From the IMG/VR virus record IMGVR_UViG_3300027708_001885, positions 38,378-102,377 of that record: a DNA stretch of 64,000 nt. The stretch is one strand, 5' to 3'. Positions 22,637 through 32,909 of this stretch are shown here, one piece after another. The position numbers were made by a program, and so were the translations under genes. The DNA comes from a virus. The notes beneath the pieces are model-generated. The model worked only from the letters and a program-made list of their open reading frames with translations, did no database searches and was not told the origin of the DNA. Position 1 is the first letter of the stretch. Each line of letters opens with the position of its first letter.

Positions 22637-22711
22637 CCACTATTTGCAAGTTTGGCAAAATATTTTAAAGTATTTTGCTTTTTTGCCTACAATGCTTGCT
22701 AACTAGTCTCT

Positions 22712-22740
22712 ATTGTACAACAGTTTTTCACTGCTGTCAA
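22712..22740 (-). promoter_or_regulatory. sigma70 promoter P1 of the tRNA array
   Basis: TTGACA-17 nt-TACAAT. Confidence 0.8.
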
Positions 22741-22781
22741 GTACTTTAGACAATTTATTTTGTTGTATTTTTACAACAAAA

Positions 22782-23381
22782 TTAGAGGACCCCAAATCTT
22801 ATTTTAACTATCTCATCGAATGTAGGGTTTCCTTCAAGCCGGACGGTAAGAACTGAACGATATGTTCCGTCAATATTGCTATTTGCACTATGCGGAACAT
22901 CAACCCGGGTAATTGTTGGTACATCATATATTTCAACGTTATCTAAAAGACTTGGTATACTATACCAATTAATGGCCCAAAATGGCACGGCCTTATTAGT
23001 AATTTCATCTATCCTAATTTGAGCCGTAAGTGTATAATCCCCACCCATCCAAAACATACATGTATTTCTACATCCGTCCAGCGGAATAATAATAGAAGCG
23101 TGTATCATTCCAACTTGGCCAGTTTCTGGTATACGATTACCGTCAACATGTAAATGATCTTTTGATATATCAAAGTTTTTTCTTTTAATACATAACAAAT
23201 TGCGGACCTTAGGCAATCCATATTCAGCTAATTCTAAATTAAGAATACTAGAAATTTTTCCATTAGTATCCAGTTGTCTAAGATATAGATCATCTTTGTT
23301 GAACTGATCCATATAAACTGACGCAAAATGTTGCAATTCTTTAAAACACTTTAATGGAAATGGATAATGCAACTTATCCAT
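22782..23381 (-). CDS. hypothetical protein, cupin/2OG-oxygenase-like
   Basis: HVDG...VPHSA...RSVLTVR. Confidence 0.6.
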   Translation of the reverse strand: MDKLHYPFPLKCFKELQHFASVYMDQFNKDDLYLRQLDTNGKISSILNLELAEYGLPKVRNLLCIKRKNFDISKDHLHVDGNRIPETGQVGMIHASIIIPLDGCRNTCMFWMGGDYTLTAQIRIDEITNKAVPFWAINWYSIPSLLDNVEIYDVPTITRVDVPHSANSNIDGTYRSVLTVRLEGNPTFDEIVKIRFGVL

Positions 23382-23835
23382 TACTAAGTCTTATTTGTTG
23401 AAAAGTTTCAAAGTATGATATATAATCGTCATATCCTAAAAAAGAAAAGTTATCCGATTGGTCCTCAAGTACAGTTACAGAAGTACCTAATATATGATAT
23501 TCCACTTCTCGTTGAATAATACGATAGGGCAAAATTGTGTCGTGATTATCAATTCTCCATTTATTAAAATCATCAAAATTTTCAAACAATACTTGTGCCC
23601 CTACTGTATGTTTGTCTAGAGATTCAAAAAATGTCATTGTAGAAACTTTGTTTAAAGAAGACACAATTTTAGAATCAAAATCGATGTAATCGTTTAACAA
23701 AGCGATGCCTTGGTCAATGCATTTAAATATTTCTATATTGGTTTCGGTTTTTATTTTAGATTTATCTTTTAGCATTTCAAAATTAAAAATGTTTAAATCT
23801 GAAAAATCATATCGATGGAGTAATTGAAATTTCAT
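23374..23835 (-). CDS. hypothetical protein
   Basis: 153-aa ORF in the gene string. Confidence 0.6.
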   Translation of the reverse strand: MKFQLLHRYDFSDLNIFNFEMLKDKSKIKTETNIEIFKCIDQGIALLNDYIDFDSKIVSSLNKVSTMTFFESLDKHTVGAQVLFENFDDFNKWRIDNHDTILPYRIIQREVEYHILGTSVTVLEDQSDNFSFLGYDDYISYFETFQQIRLSNG

Positions 23836-23863
23836 ATAATTTCCCTTTAACTTATTAATGTAT

Positions 23864-25486
23864 TTATTCCGTAATCAATAACGTAGGGTAATATTTGTTA
23901 TTTGAAAATTCAATTTTTGATTTAAAAGGCATTCGGGTAGCAGGAATTGTAGGTATAATTCTGTTTTTCATATAATTAAAAGGAACAGGACCTGCCTGAA
24001 ATTTCATATAATTTACATATTCTGTTACTTTTTTATAGCTATATAGATTAAGATTTTTTTCTTCTTCAACATATTTCAAAGTACGTAATTGTTTCATAGT
24101 GTAATCTTTTAATAATGCCATAACACAAAATGCAGTTACATTATTAATAATGTACGGACGTTTTTTATTAAAATCTTCAGTTAACTCTCTACTTAATGTA
24201 ATAGCATCTCCAACATTCATTAAATCTGTTTCCCAGTTAATATTTTCTTCAAAAAATGTTCTAGTCTGTTCATACTTGATAGCATTTTCTCTATAAGATT
24301 CTGGAATGTCTGTTGCTACCCTATAATATTTTTGATACAATCCTTTACTAAACAATGACTCTCCTATTTTAGGAATACCTAATGGAGTGTAGAATACATT
24401 GTCAAAAAAATCTCCATTAACTAAAATATCCTGTTGTTTTTGTATATCTTCTATAGTATCGTAGGGCAATCCGATAATAATGTTGATGTTAACTGCAACT
24501 TGATCTCTCCACACATTTCTAGCAGCAACTAGTGAGTCTACTGCATTTATGCCATATCCTTTTCCCACTGTAGATCCTGCCTTTTTGTTTAATGTTTCGA
24601 TACCTAAATTGGCGCCACGAAGACCTGAATCCATAAGTTTTTCAGCCGAACCTTTAATCTTATCTAGTAATTCTACTCGTATGTATCCACCAAATTCTAA
24701 TTCAAATGGTAATCTCTTGCTTACTTTATATAATTGATCAATTTTTTCCTCACTATCATTTAACGTGTCATCACTGAATTGATACCGCGTTGTTCCAAAA
24801 TTATCATAATTATGCATAAGTGTTTCGTATAGCACATCTTCGGTTTTGTTGTAATCTCCAAAGTTTTTTCCTGTCATGTTGTAATCGCAAAATGAGCATT
24901 TGAATACACATCCCCTACCCAGCTCTATAGGAAGAGTTTCGTTGTTTTGTACCCCATCCTCATTTGTAAATATTAAAAGTTTGTTTTTATTAAAATCTTG
25001 GTAATCATAAATTTTATCACTAACAAACCCATCTTCGTCTAATATAAGATCATCACCGTACAGTTCGTGTGCAATAATTGCTTTTAGGGTAATTTCTCCT
25101 TGTCCTTTTACTTTGTAATCATATGGTAGTATAGACTTTTCATTACGAGTAACTTTAGAACCCCCTACAATGAATACACAATTAGGATTGATAGATTTAA
25201 TTTTATTCATGATAGGGTCGAACAATCTATCGCACTCTGACATAACATTAATCATAGAGCCGGGCGATCCAAGCAATGTAGTACTTAAACAAATAAATCT
25301 TGTTTCTAGAGTTACATATTTGTCTATCAATTCAAATAAGTCAATTTGACGCATAGAAAATACATGATCTATTACAATGCTTGATAGACCCGTTTCTCTA
25401 AATATATTTGCCAGTATATACGACCCAGCGGGTTTTGTTCCAAATCGAACACGACTATATCCACAAAATATTACACTATCACTCAT
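23864..25486 (-). CDS. B12-binding-type radical SAM protein
   Basis: RGCVFKCSFC, DDTLN, GIETL and IIGLPYDT motifs. Confidence 0.85.
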   Translation of the reverse strand: MSDSVIFCGYSRVRFGTKPAGSYILANIFRETGLSSIVIDHVFSMRQIDLFELIDKYVTLETRFICLSTTLLGSPGSMINVMSECDRLFDPIMNKIKSINPNCVFIVGGSKVTRNEKSILPYDYKVKGQGEITLKAIIAHELYGDDLILDEDGFVSDKIYDYQDFNKNKLLIFTNEDGVQNNETLPIELGRGCVFKCSFCDYNMTGKNFGDYNKTEDVLYETLMHNYDNFGTTRYQFSDDTLNDSEEKIDQLYKVSKRLPFELEFGGYIRVELLDKIKGSAEKLMDSGLRGANLGIETLNKKAGSTVGKGYGINAVDSLVAARNVWRDQVAVNINIIIGLPYDTIEDIQKQQDILVNGDFFDNVFYTPLGIPKIGESLFSKGLYQKYYRVATDIPESYRENAIKYEQTRTFFEENINWETDLMNVGDAITLSRELTEDFNKKRPYIINNVTAFCVMALLKDYTMKQLRTLKYVEEEKNLNLYSYKKVTEYVNYMKFQAGPVPFNYMKNRIIPTIPATRMPFKSKIEFSNNKYYPTLLITE

Positions 25487-26705
25487 TTATTGCCTTTGGG
25501 GTATAGATGTGCTTACCATTAAGACTGACTGACATAAAATGGTCGTTAATCTCTATTAACTTTATAATTTTTTTAGCAATTTCATCGTCGGTAAAATACG
25601 CAGTTTTCCAAGGTGGATTATTTGTTAAAAAACATTCAATTGTCCCTAACTCAATTAATGATAATTTGCATATAAACTGTTCTCGCAATCCTATTCGCCA
25701 TGTTTTCATTTTTAATAATTTTTTAGATTCCATATATTCGTTAGGTATGTAGTCTAAAGTTTCGTAATAATATGCGAGTGATCCCAATGCTACTATATGA
25801 ACTAACTTATTATTACGATAATGTTCAAATATCTGATCAAATATTTTACCTTGTAAATAACCTTTACCGGGAGTATGATCATACAAATTTAATATTATAA
25901 CTTTTTCTCCAATGATAACATCTATTTGCTGAAATAATAATTCGATGTTATTTTCAAAATCTATTTTATTGCGTTCTATAGTTAAAATTGTTCTGTTTTG
26001 TAAATTGTTAATAAGGCTATTGCTAATTTTTTTTGCATTTGGATTATGCCCTATAATACATACCCCTGGCTTATTCACACTTTCATACATTTCTCGTGTA
26101 TCGGGTATAATACGTTTGTCTCCGTAATATCTTAATTCTTGTTTTAATGACATACATACAATTCCAGTCTCAACTGGATATATATTACCTCCCATCATTC
26201 TATTATAACCGGAGTAGTTAGATGGGGTATTAGGTGGTATTACTTCATCAAAATAACAATTATATCTGTTTAATGGTGCATAGTCTTCAAAAAATTTATT
26301 TTTTCTAAATTCAAAAAATCCAGTCCTTCTAACTAAATGAAATGTATATATTCCCAACTTTTCATAATAAGACATGCTTTCATTGAGTATGGGCAGTAGA
26401 TCTTTAATTGGATTAAACGGTTTAATTAATTCGCTTTTATAATTCACAAATGTTACTTTTGGTAAAAATAAATTAAGATCAGATCGAATAGATTTTACTA
26501 GTTGACCAGATTGATCAAAAAATCCCCAAAATATTATATAGTTATTGTTGAATAGTTCTTCAATATATTTAATATTCAAAACTTTATCTTTAGCATTTTT
26601 TACCCAATCGTCGTCATCGATTGACATTAAGCCTTTGGTCTCATATACTCTAATTGAATGCTCTATATAAATTGATATATCGGATGATATAAGCTGTCGA
26701 ATCAT
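25479..26705 (-). CDS. hypothetical two-domain protein; N-terminal part paralogous to 29002-29601
   Basis: Shared G.Y.F...RY..FDE...P..T...C..LKQ..R pattern; ATGA overlap suggests a start at 26705. Confidence 0.6.
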   Translation of the reverse strand: MIRQLISSDISIYIEHSIRVYETKGLMSIDDDDWVKNAKDKVLNIKYIEELFNNNYIIFWGFFDQSGQLVKSIRSDLNLFLPKVTFVNYKSELIKPFNPIKDLLPILNESMSYYEKLGIYTFHLVRRTGFFEFRKNKFFEDYAPLNRYNCYFDEVIPPNTPSNYSGYNRMMGGNIYPVETGIVCMSLKQELRYYGDKRIIPDTREMYESVNKPGVCIIGHNPNAKKISNSLINNLQNRTILTIERNKIDFENNIELLFQQIDVIIGEKVIILNLYDHTPGKGYLQGKIFDQIFEHYRNNKLVHIVALGSLAYYYETLDYIPNEYMESKKLLKMKTWRIGLREQFICKLSLIELGTIECFLTNNPPWKTAYFTDDEIAKKIIKLIEINDHFMSVSLNGKHIYTPKAINE

Positions 26706-27535
26706 TTGTCCTCCGAACGTGGCTTTCCTAAGAATGGCAAAAATATTGTACACATATCAAACTCCCACCAGTTACCGCTAATGGGAGAACCTGGATTCCA
26801 TGCTTGTGGTTTATAATGATGACCATGATGCCAACCCTGTCCCCATCCTAATAGACCTAGTACAATATTGTTATGGCTATTTTCATTTGTTTCAAAAATT
26901 CTATAACCTATTAAACATTTTCTATGAGCAACTACATTGACTAGATTATCTTGTAATATTGAAATGCCGGTGGGTAATACCAGTAACGCAAATGCCAATT
27001 TCCAATCGATTAATGCAACTACTATAGGAACCAACCATTGAATTTTTAATTGATGCTTATGAAACCAAACATGATTAGGTTTACGTAATAAATCCACTGC
27101 TAATTTAAAATTTACTTTGTTTGATTGTTCAGTGACTTCTAATGTCCAACCAAAAAATGCATGCCAGGGGCTGTGTGCAACCGGACTATGAAGATCGCTA
27201 GCTGTGTCGCTATATCTATGATGTGTCCTGTGTAATGCAGTCCATGTTATTGAAGATCCCTGGCCTCCTAATGCTGCACAAAATAATATAATGTTTTCTT
27301 TCCAGGTTGGAAGAATATGTGTTTTGTGACAAAATATTCTATGATATCCTGTTGCAATACCTAATCCACAGATCAATATCCAACCAACAATTGTAAACAT
27401 TAAATAATATGCCGGAATGACTCCGGCAATATAGAGGTACACTATTACAGGAATGGATAAGATAAAAGGTATAAAACTAAACCAAGAATATTTTGAAATA
27501 TTTTTAAACAAATTAATTCTCCATTTTAATACCAT
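26702..27535 (-). CDS. membrane fatty acid desaturase (delta-9-like)
   Basis: His boxes GYHRIFCH, HRTHHR and GWHHGHH. Confidence 0.9.
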   Translation of the reverse strand: MVLKWRINLFKNISKYSWFSFIPFILSIPVIVYLYIAGVIPAYYLMFTIVGWILICGLGIATGYHRIFCHKTHILPTWKENIILFCAALGGQGSSITWTALHRTHHRYSDTASDLHSPVAHSPWHAFFGWTLEVTEQSNKVNFKLAVDLLRKPNHVWFHKHQLKIQWLVPIVVALIDWKLAFALLVLPTGISILQDNLVNVVAHRKCLIGYRIFETNENSHNNIVLGLLGWGQGWHHGHHYKPQAWNPGSPISGNWWEFDMCTIFLPFLGKPRSEDK

Positions 27536-28176
27536 GTTACTTCTTCTGTTATGTTAGTAAACGCTGCCCTATCTATATCTACTATTAATATCAACCGAGG
27601 TGTCGATCCGTTATGTATTGTACCATGATATGCATCTCCATCGTCAAAGGCCCACACCTTACCTTTTTCCCATGCTCTGTCGGCATAATTTTCAATCATA
27701 AATTTTGCTTCGGGGTCACAAACAAGCCCTAAATGGAATCTTATATATTTTGATATCATTCCGTAATGCATTGATAATTTGGAACCTGGGTGCATTAAAT
27801 TAAAACCAACGCATCCAACATATGGATGGTATGGTTTTAAGATATTTTCAAGTACAGGAGTTGATTGTTGAGCAGCGGCTAATACAGCATCTCCTCTTTG
27901 TTTAGATTCTTCAGTAAGACCCCATACTGCTTCACATTCTATTAAAGAACATGATTCTGCAACTATACGTGTAAATTTAGATTGTATCTTGCCTTTATAC
28001 AGTTGTTTATTGTTTGATTCTCTTTGGTCAATTTGACGTCCCATGATATTATTGGGTTTAGTTGACAGGTGAAATCCAAAATTATTAACAAATTCGGCTA
28101 ATATATCATCATTGTGTTTCCTTAACTTACCTGATAAGGGATGTGTAGATACTTCAATATAACCTAACTTATTCAT
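27526..28176 (-). CDS. aspartyl/asparaginyl beta-hydroxylase (LpxO-like) oxygenase
   Basis: PGSKLSMHYG, IRFHLGL, W..GK..AFDD...H...RLILIVD. Confidence 0.8.
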   Translation of the reverse strand: MNKLGYIEVSTHPLSGKLRKHNDDILAEFVNNFGFHLSTKPNNIMGRQIDQRESNNKQLYKGKIQSKFTRIVAESCSLIECEAVWGLTEESKQRGDAVLAAAQQSTPVLENILKPYHPYVGCVGFNLMHPGSKLSMHYGMISKYIRFHLGLVCDPEAKFMIENYADRAWEKGKVWAFDDGDAYHGTIHNGSTPRLILIVDIDRAAFTNITEEVTWY

Positions 28177-28178
28177 TT

Positions 28179-28985
28179 TTAATTCCCGTTTTTGTTACGT
28201 AATAGAGGCAAAAATACCCTGCAAGGATCAAATTCCCACCATTTACCACTAATACCAGTACCAAAGTCAAACGACTTAGGATCATGGTGATGATTGTTAT
28301 GCCATCCCTGCCCCCATCCTAGTAATCCTAATACAATATTGTTTTGAGAGTTGTCAGTTGTCTCAAAATTTCGATATCCAATGCCGCCTTTTAAATGACC
28401 AAATACATTTACTAGATTATCCTGTAGTAGACTTATACTTGTAGGGAGGCAACATATTGCCAAACTTAATTTCCAATCAACTAATGCTATTAACAACGGA
28501 ACGGACCATAAAATTTTCATTTGGTGTTCGTGAAACCATAAATGATTCTTTTTACGCAAAATAGGTCCAGCGTATTTTAAATTAACGCTAGGATTGTTTT
28601 CAGTAATTTTAGTAGCCCATCCAAACATAGCATGATATATACCGAATTTAGGACTATGTAGATCCTTTTCTGTATCGGAAAATTTATGATGGTATCCCCT
28701 ATGTATTGCACTCCATGTTATACTCGATCCTTGTCCACTAAGGGTACCAAAAAAAAGAATAATATTTTCTTTCCATGTTGATAAATCGGGATGAGTATTG
28801 TGAGAAAATATTCTATGATACCCTACTGCAACCCCTAACCCTGCAATAAGTATCCAACCAATTGTTGTAAAAATAAGATAGTATGCAGGAATTGTGCCAA
28901 CAATATAAAGTACAATGGTTAAGATACCAAACAACGTAAATGGCAAAAAACTAAACCAAGAGTATTTTGATATATTTTTAAACAT
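28179..28985 (-). CDS. membrane fatty acid desaturase (delta-9-like), paralog
   Basis: His boxes GYHRIFSH, HRGYHH and GWHNNHH. Confidence 0.9.
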   Translation of the reverse strand: MFKNISKYSWFSFLPFTLFGILTIVLYIVGTIPAYYLIFTTIGWILIAGLGVAVGYHRIFSHNTHPDLSTWKENIILFFGTLSGQGSSITWSAIHRGYHHKFSDTEKDLHSPKFGIYHAMFGWATKITENNPSVNLKYAGPILRKKNHLWFHEHQMKILWSVPLLIALVDWKLSLAICCLPTSISLLQDNLVNVFGHLKGGIGYRNFETTDNSQNNIVLGLLGWGQGWHNNHHHDPKSFDFGTGISGKWWEFDPCRVFLPLLRNKNGN

Positions 28986-29001
28986 AATTTTATTTATCGG
29001 T

Positions 29002-29601
29002 TTATAAGCGGCCTGCGTTATATAACGAAGTTCTATATTTTTGCTTTAAAAAAGTACATCTTACAACAGTGTCAATAGGAACAAGTGTTCTGTTATACAA
29101 AATTTGCCAAGGCAACGAAAATAAACACTGGTGCTTCTCACCTACATAAAATTCATCAAAGTAATCATACCGTTCACTATTAGTTTTACTAAACGCAAGT
29201 CTCCTATAAACGTGTTGATATTTTAATGAGAACATACTATAAAATTTATATCGACCTTGTTCTTCATTATGAAACATTACCTGATCTAAAATAAGTTTAA
29301 TTTCAGCAGGTGTATCCCCAGTAGTTCTTACATGATTCCAATACCAGCTTGCATCGTCTTGCGATTCGTAGAAACCAATGAGAGAATTTATTTGCCCAGT
29401 ATCTTCTTCCGCACCATATGCATGATAATTTTTTAATCCCGACATATATGTGGATACAAAAGAGTTGTGATAAAAATCTGAAAAATCTTCCCCAGAGTCG
29501 ACAAAATAATTTTTAGAATGATCAACTCCCATAAATTTAGGTAGTTTAAATAGATGTTTAATATTTTCAGTATGCTCTTTAGTTAATTTAACTATTTTCA
29601 T
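29002..29601 (-). CDS. hypothetical protein (possibly GNAT-like)
   Basis: Paralogous to the N-terminal part of 25479-26705. Confidence 0.55.
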   Translation of the reverse strand: MKIVKLTKEHTENIKHLFKLPKFMGVDHSKNYFVDSGEDFSDFYHNSFVSTYMSGLKNYHAYGAEEDTGQINSLIGFYESQDDASWYWNHVRTTGDTPAEIKLILDQVMFHNEEQGRYKFYSMFSLKYQHVYRRLAFSKTNSERYDYFDEFYVGEKHQCLFSLPWQILYNRTLVPIDTVVRCTFLKQKYRTSLYNAGRL

Positions 29602-30515
29602 TTTTTACCTTTAAGCATTTCAATGATGCTGTGATACTCTATTCCGTCTAGATTAGATTCTAATCTAATAATTTGTTCGCTAGTTAATTGCCTATATGAT
29701 TCAAAATTAAATCCTAATAATTTTTCAAACCCGTGCGTCTTTTTTCGTAATCGTATTTCCGGCAATAACTTTTTTAGAATATTATTCTTGCTACTAACTG
29801 ATGAAAGTTTATAATTATATCTATTTGAAACTAAGGATATTATATCCGGATCTTCTAAAAAATATAATAACAGTTCGGGGGTGTAGCTAAAATATTCATT
29901 AACTAATGGAATGTTGTATAAATTGCTAAACCTCATAGCACTAGCATCTTCATTTTCTCTAAAACAATAATACCATGTGCTAGGATCAGTTCCTATATTT
30001 TTTTTTAACATAGCCTCTCCTCCCATTATGGCAGGCAACTCTATTTTTTTAATACAATGATATACCATTAGATATGTAATTTGTGTACACTGTAATTGTT
30101 TACCAAATTCACTAGCTTCTCCACTGTACATAAATTCTTTAACATCAAAGTCGATAATGTGCAAAGGTAAATCTAATTCTTTAGCTAAATCAATTGCTTC
30201 ATTAACATCATCTGCATTATAGTCATCTTTAAATTTAATTGTGTAGCAGGGAGGTTTGATTCCTATATCTAAAAAATTACGGGCAACTATTTCGCTATCA
30301 GTCCCACCACTGAGAAATAATGCAAAGTCTTTACCATAATCTTTATAGATTAAATTTGCTGTTCTTTTTAACTCTTGTTGATAACTGCTAGAATTATAAT
30401 TATCTTGATCGACTACTCCTACATTAACTGTAAATTGTTCGTAGGAATTATTCCTATAGCCATATAGACAATCTCCTATATGATATGTTAAGTGATTTTT
30501 ATAAGTAAAATTCAT
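29598..30515 (-). CDS. PP-loop ATP pyrophosphatase (asparagine synthase-like)
   Basis: ALFLSGGTDSE motif. Confidence 0.7.
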   Translation of the reverse strand: MNFTYKNHLTYHIGDCLYGYRNNSYEQFTVNVGVVDQDNYNSSSYQQELKRTANLIYKDYGKDFALFLSGGTDSEIVARNFLDIGIKPPCYTIKFKDDYNADDVNEAIDLAKELDLPLHIIDFDVKEFMYSGEASEFGKQLQCTQITYLMVYHCIKKIELPAIMGGEAMLKKNIGTDPSTWYYCFRENEDASAMRFSNLYNIPLVNEYFSYTPELLLYFLEDPDIISLVSNRYNYKLSSVSSKNNILKKLLPEIRLRKKTHGFEKLLGFNFESYRQLTSEQIIRLESNLDGIEYHSIIEMLKGKK

Positions 30516-31162
30516 AAGTCTTCTAATGTTTGAATAAAATCAAGTTTGTCAATTGACATAGTCAATGTTCCAGCAATAATTAATACGACTCTATTGTCTG
30601 CATTAATTAAAGGAACCCTGTGCGGATAGTATGTGCTACTGAAACAAAAAACAGTGTTGGACCTAGTGGGAATTAGCGAATATATTTTATCTTCCACCAT
30701 ATTGGGTTCAATCATTTTTAAATGTTGCCTAGCATTTTTAAAATCATTCTTCATTTTACCAAATTCTACAAATGGTTTTTTTGTGTCCAGTCCAAATGTT
30801 ATTCTAAATCCATAATTTGGATCTTTATCAAAATGAAAATTAAAATCATAATTTTCTTGTTTACATTGAGATATTAATAATATGCCTCTAGATTCAGGTA
30901 TGATAGGTAATGAATTTATTAATGACATTAACGGTTTAAACAAAGTATTAGATGAGTAACTATGAAATTCCTTTCCTTGAAACTCGAGAATTCTCCTCTC
31001 CCAGGGATATACTCTTAAATTTCTTTGTTTATAAACAAACTCTTCATTATTATGACCTGGAATACTTTCATGTAAAGTTTTTGAAGATTTAATAAATTCC
31101 TCAAAATCCTCAAATGATATTTCTGGAACTTGCATATTCAGCTCTCCTGCAATAAATGTCAT
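30512..31162 (-). CDS. hypothetical protein, oxygenase-like
   Basis: HFD...PHRV...RVVL pattern. Confidence 0.55.
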   Translation of the reverse strand: MTFIAGELNMQVPEISFEDFEEFIKSSKTLHESIPGHNNEEFVYKQRNLRVYPWERRILEFQGKEFHSYSSNTLFKPLMSLINSLPIIPESRGILLISQCKQENYDFNFHFDKDPNYGFRITFGLDTKKPFVEFGKMKNDFKNARQHLKMIEPNMVEDKIYSLIPTRSNTVFCFSSTYYPHRVPLINADNRVVLIIAGTLTMSIDKLDFIQTLEDL

Positions 31163-31704
31163 AATATATTAACTGGTGTGTATTCTACAACATATTGATC
31201 TGTATAATATACAGTTTTCATTCCCACAGGTGTAAACCTCTTATAGATTTCTGGCCAATTATTGAATAATGCTGTTCTTTTACCTAACTTGTCTCTTACA
31301 AACCATTCATACAATGCTTTATTATAAGCATTAACTGTGGCCCATACATGTTTATAATCAGTTACCTCTTCGAGTATTTTTGGTAAAATATTTGTAGCAA
31401 CGTAATAATTGACTCTATGTTTGGGCGCAATATACATCCTAGTTAATATCAAAGCAATGTCTGGTTCGTATTCGTTCCATCCGGCACTGCAAATATATTC
31501 TCCATTATTTTCAAGTACGTAATATTTGCCTTTGCCCTGTTTATATCTGCCATTTTCTAAGATATGAAAAATATTACCCGGAATGTCTTTGTATTCGGGG
31601 TGATAATTTTTCATAAATTTAGATTCTTTAATTTTTGATAACCCTGATATCAATAATTCATTAACGTGACTATTTGATAGATCATGTATCTCATGTAATA
31701 ACAT
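31159..31704 (-). CDS. GNAT-like hypothetical protein
   Basis: YICSAG...LTRMYIAPKHR. Confidence 0.55.
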   Translation of the reverse strand: MLLHEIHDLSNSHVNELLISGLSKIKESKFMKNYHPEYKDIPGNIFHILENGRYKQGKGKYYVLENNGEYICSAGWNEYEPDIALILTRMYIAPKHRVNYYVATNILPKILEEVTDYKHVWATVNAYNKALYEWFVRDKLGKRTALFNNWPEIYKRFTPVGMKTVYYTDQYVVEYTPVNIL

Positions 31705-31740
31705 GATGATATTTATTTTTATAATTGGGTGGGTTAGATT

Positions 31741-32310
31741 TTATAGAAGTTGATTAACTTTTGATTTTATGTAATCAAACTGTTCGGCAAACCCATAAGT
31801 GATTAAATATCTAGGTTTGTTCTCTATACTTGTAACTGAATGGTATTCGTGTGTATTAAGAATGTATCCCTCACCGTCATTTAAAATGTACGAGTCGTAA
31901 TTTTGATCTTGAGTATAATTGGTATTTGTCATTGCTAATGAAGTATTCATTAACCCTATATTAATACATGTGTTTCTTCCTGCTTCGTCTCTATGAGCAA
32001 CAACATTGCCTTTTGTTTTTATAATATGTACTCTTTCCTTATATACAGGAATATCGTCGTGTAAAAGAGATCTTAAAATTTTTACTATCTCTTTTGTTAA
32101 TTCTATTAAGATAGGATGTTTGTGAGTATGTCTAGTAAAACTAATAGTTCCACCAGTATTATTTCCATAAGTCATTAAACATGGACTATCTGGTATATCA
32201 AATTTCTTTCCATACTCGTGTATTATTTCGGGTAATTGGTCTATCTCTTTAATATATTTGTCAAATTCTAAAATATTAATTAATTTACCAATTTTGATTA
32301 TATTAGTCAT
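31741..32310 (-). CDS. 2OG-Fe(II) oxygenase-like protein
   Basis: HRD...INIGL...HSV...RYLITY. Confidence 0.6.
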   Translation of the reverse strand: MTNIIKIGKLINILEFDKYIKEIDQLPEIIHEYGKKFDIPDSPCLMTYGNNTGGTISFTRHTHKHPILIELTKEIVKILRSLLHDDIPVYKERVHIIKTKGNVVAHRDEAGRNTCINIGLMNTSLAMTNTNYTQDQNYDSYILNDGEGYILNTHEYHSVTSIENKPRYLITYGFAEQFDYIKSKVNQLL

Positions 32311-32311
32311 A

Positions 32312-32797
32312 TTATTTTTTAACTACCCCTACTAAATGTAATCTAGGTTGATCAGAACAATTTAAAAATGTGTGTTGTGTTGTGGTATCTACCCACCATA
32401 CTGAGTTAATTGGTAAATGAACAATACCGCCCGGATTGAAAAGAAAATAGCATTCTGGATTTGTAATTAACGGAATATGTATTCTAGGTGTTTTGTCAAC
32501 ATGCAGACTATAACACGATTTTGGATTAACCCACATTAAGCGTGTTCTATTTAAATTATATTTTTTGATCAATGTTTCAAAAATAGTATCTTTAAAGAAT
32601 GGATTTATAATAGAATATTGAAATTCATTGCCTTGACTTTTTCCAACTACACTTTTCCAAGGATCCTCATTTAGTTTATATTGTAAGCCAGTCTGTTTCC
32701 CTTGTAAATAATTAGTCCATACAATATCCTTATCAATTTTATTAAATTCAATAAGTATTGGGTCAATGCTAATGGTGTCTATTATATTACAATTCAT
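32312..32797 (-). CDS. Asp/Asn beta-hydroxylase-like oxygenase
   Basis: RTRLM, HVD, RIHIPL, HTFLN...RLHLV. Confidence 0.7.
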   Translation of the reverse strand: MNCNIIDTISIDPILIEFNKIDKDIVWTNYLQGKQTGLQYKLNEDPWKSVVGKSQGNEFQYSIINPFFKDTIFETLIKKYNLNRTRLMWVNPKSCYSLHVDKTPRIHIPLITNPECYFLFNPGGIVHLPINSVWWVDTTTQHTFLNCSDQPRLHLVGVVKK

Positions 32798-32909
32798 GCA
32801 ATTTTTCCAAATGTTATACCGTTGCTTTTTGAAAAACTAATAACAGTATGAGGTTGAAAATAATTATAGAACGCTTGTCCTAATCCCCTAGTATAACCAG
32901 TTATTGCAA

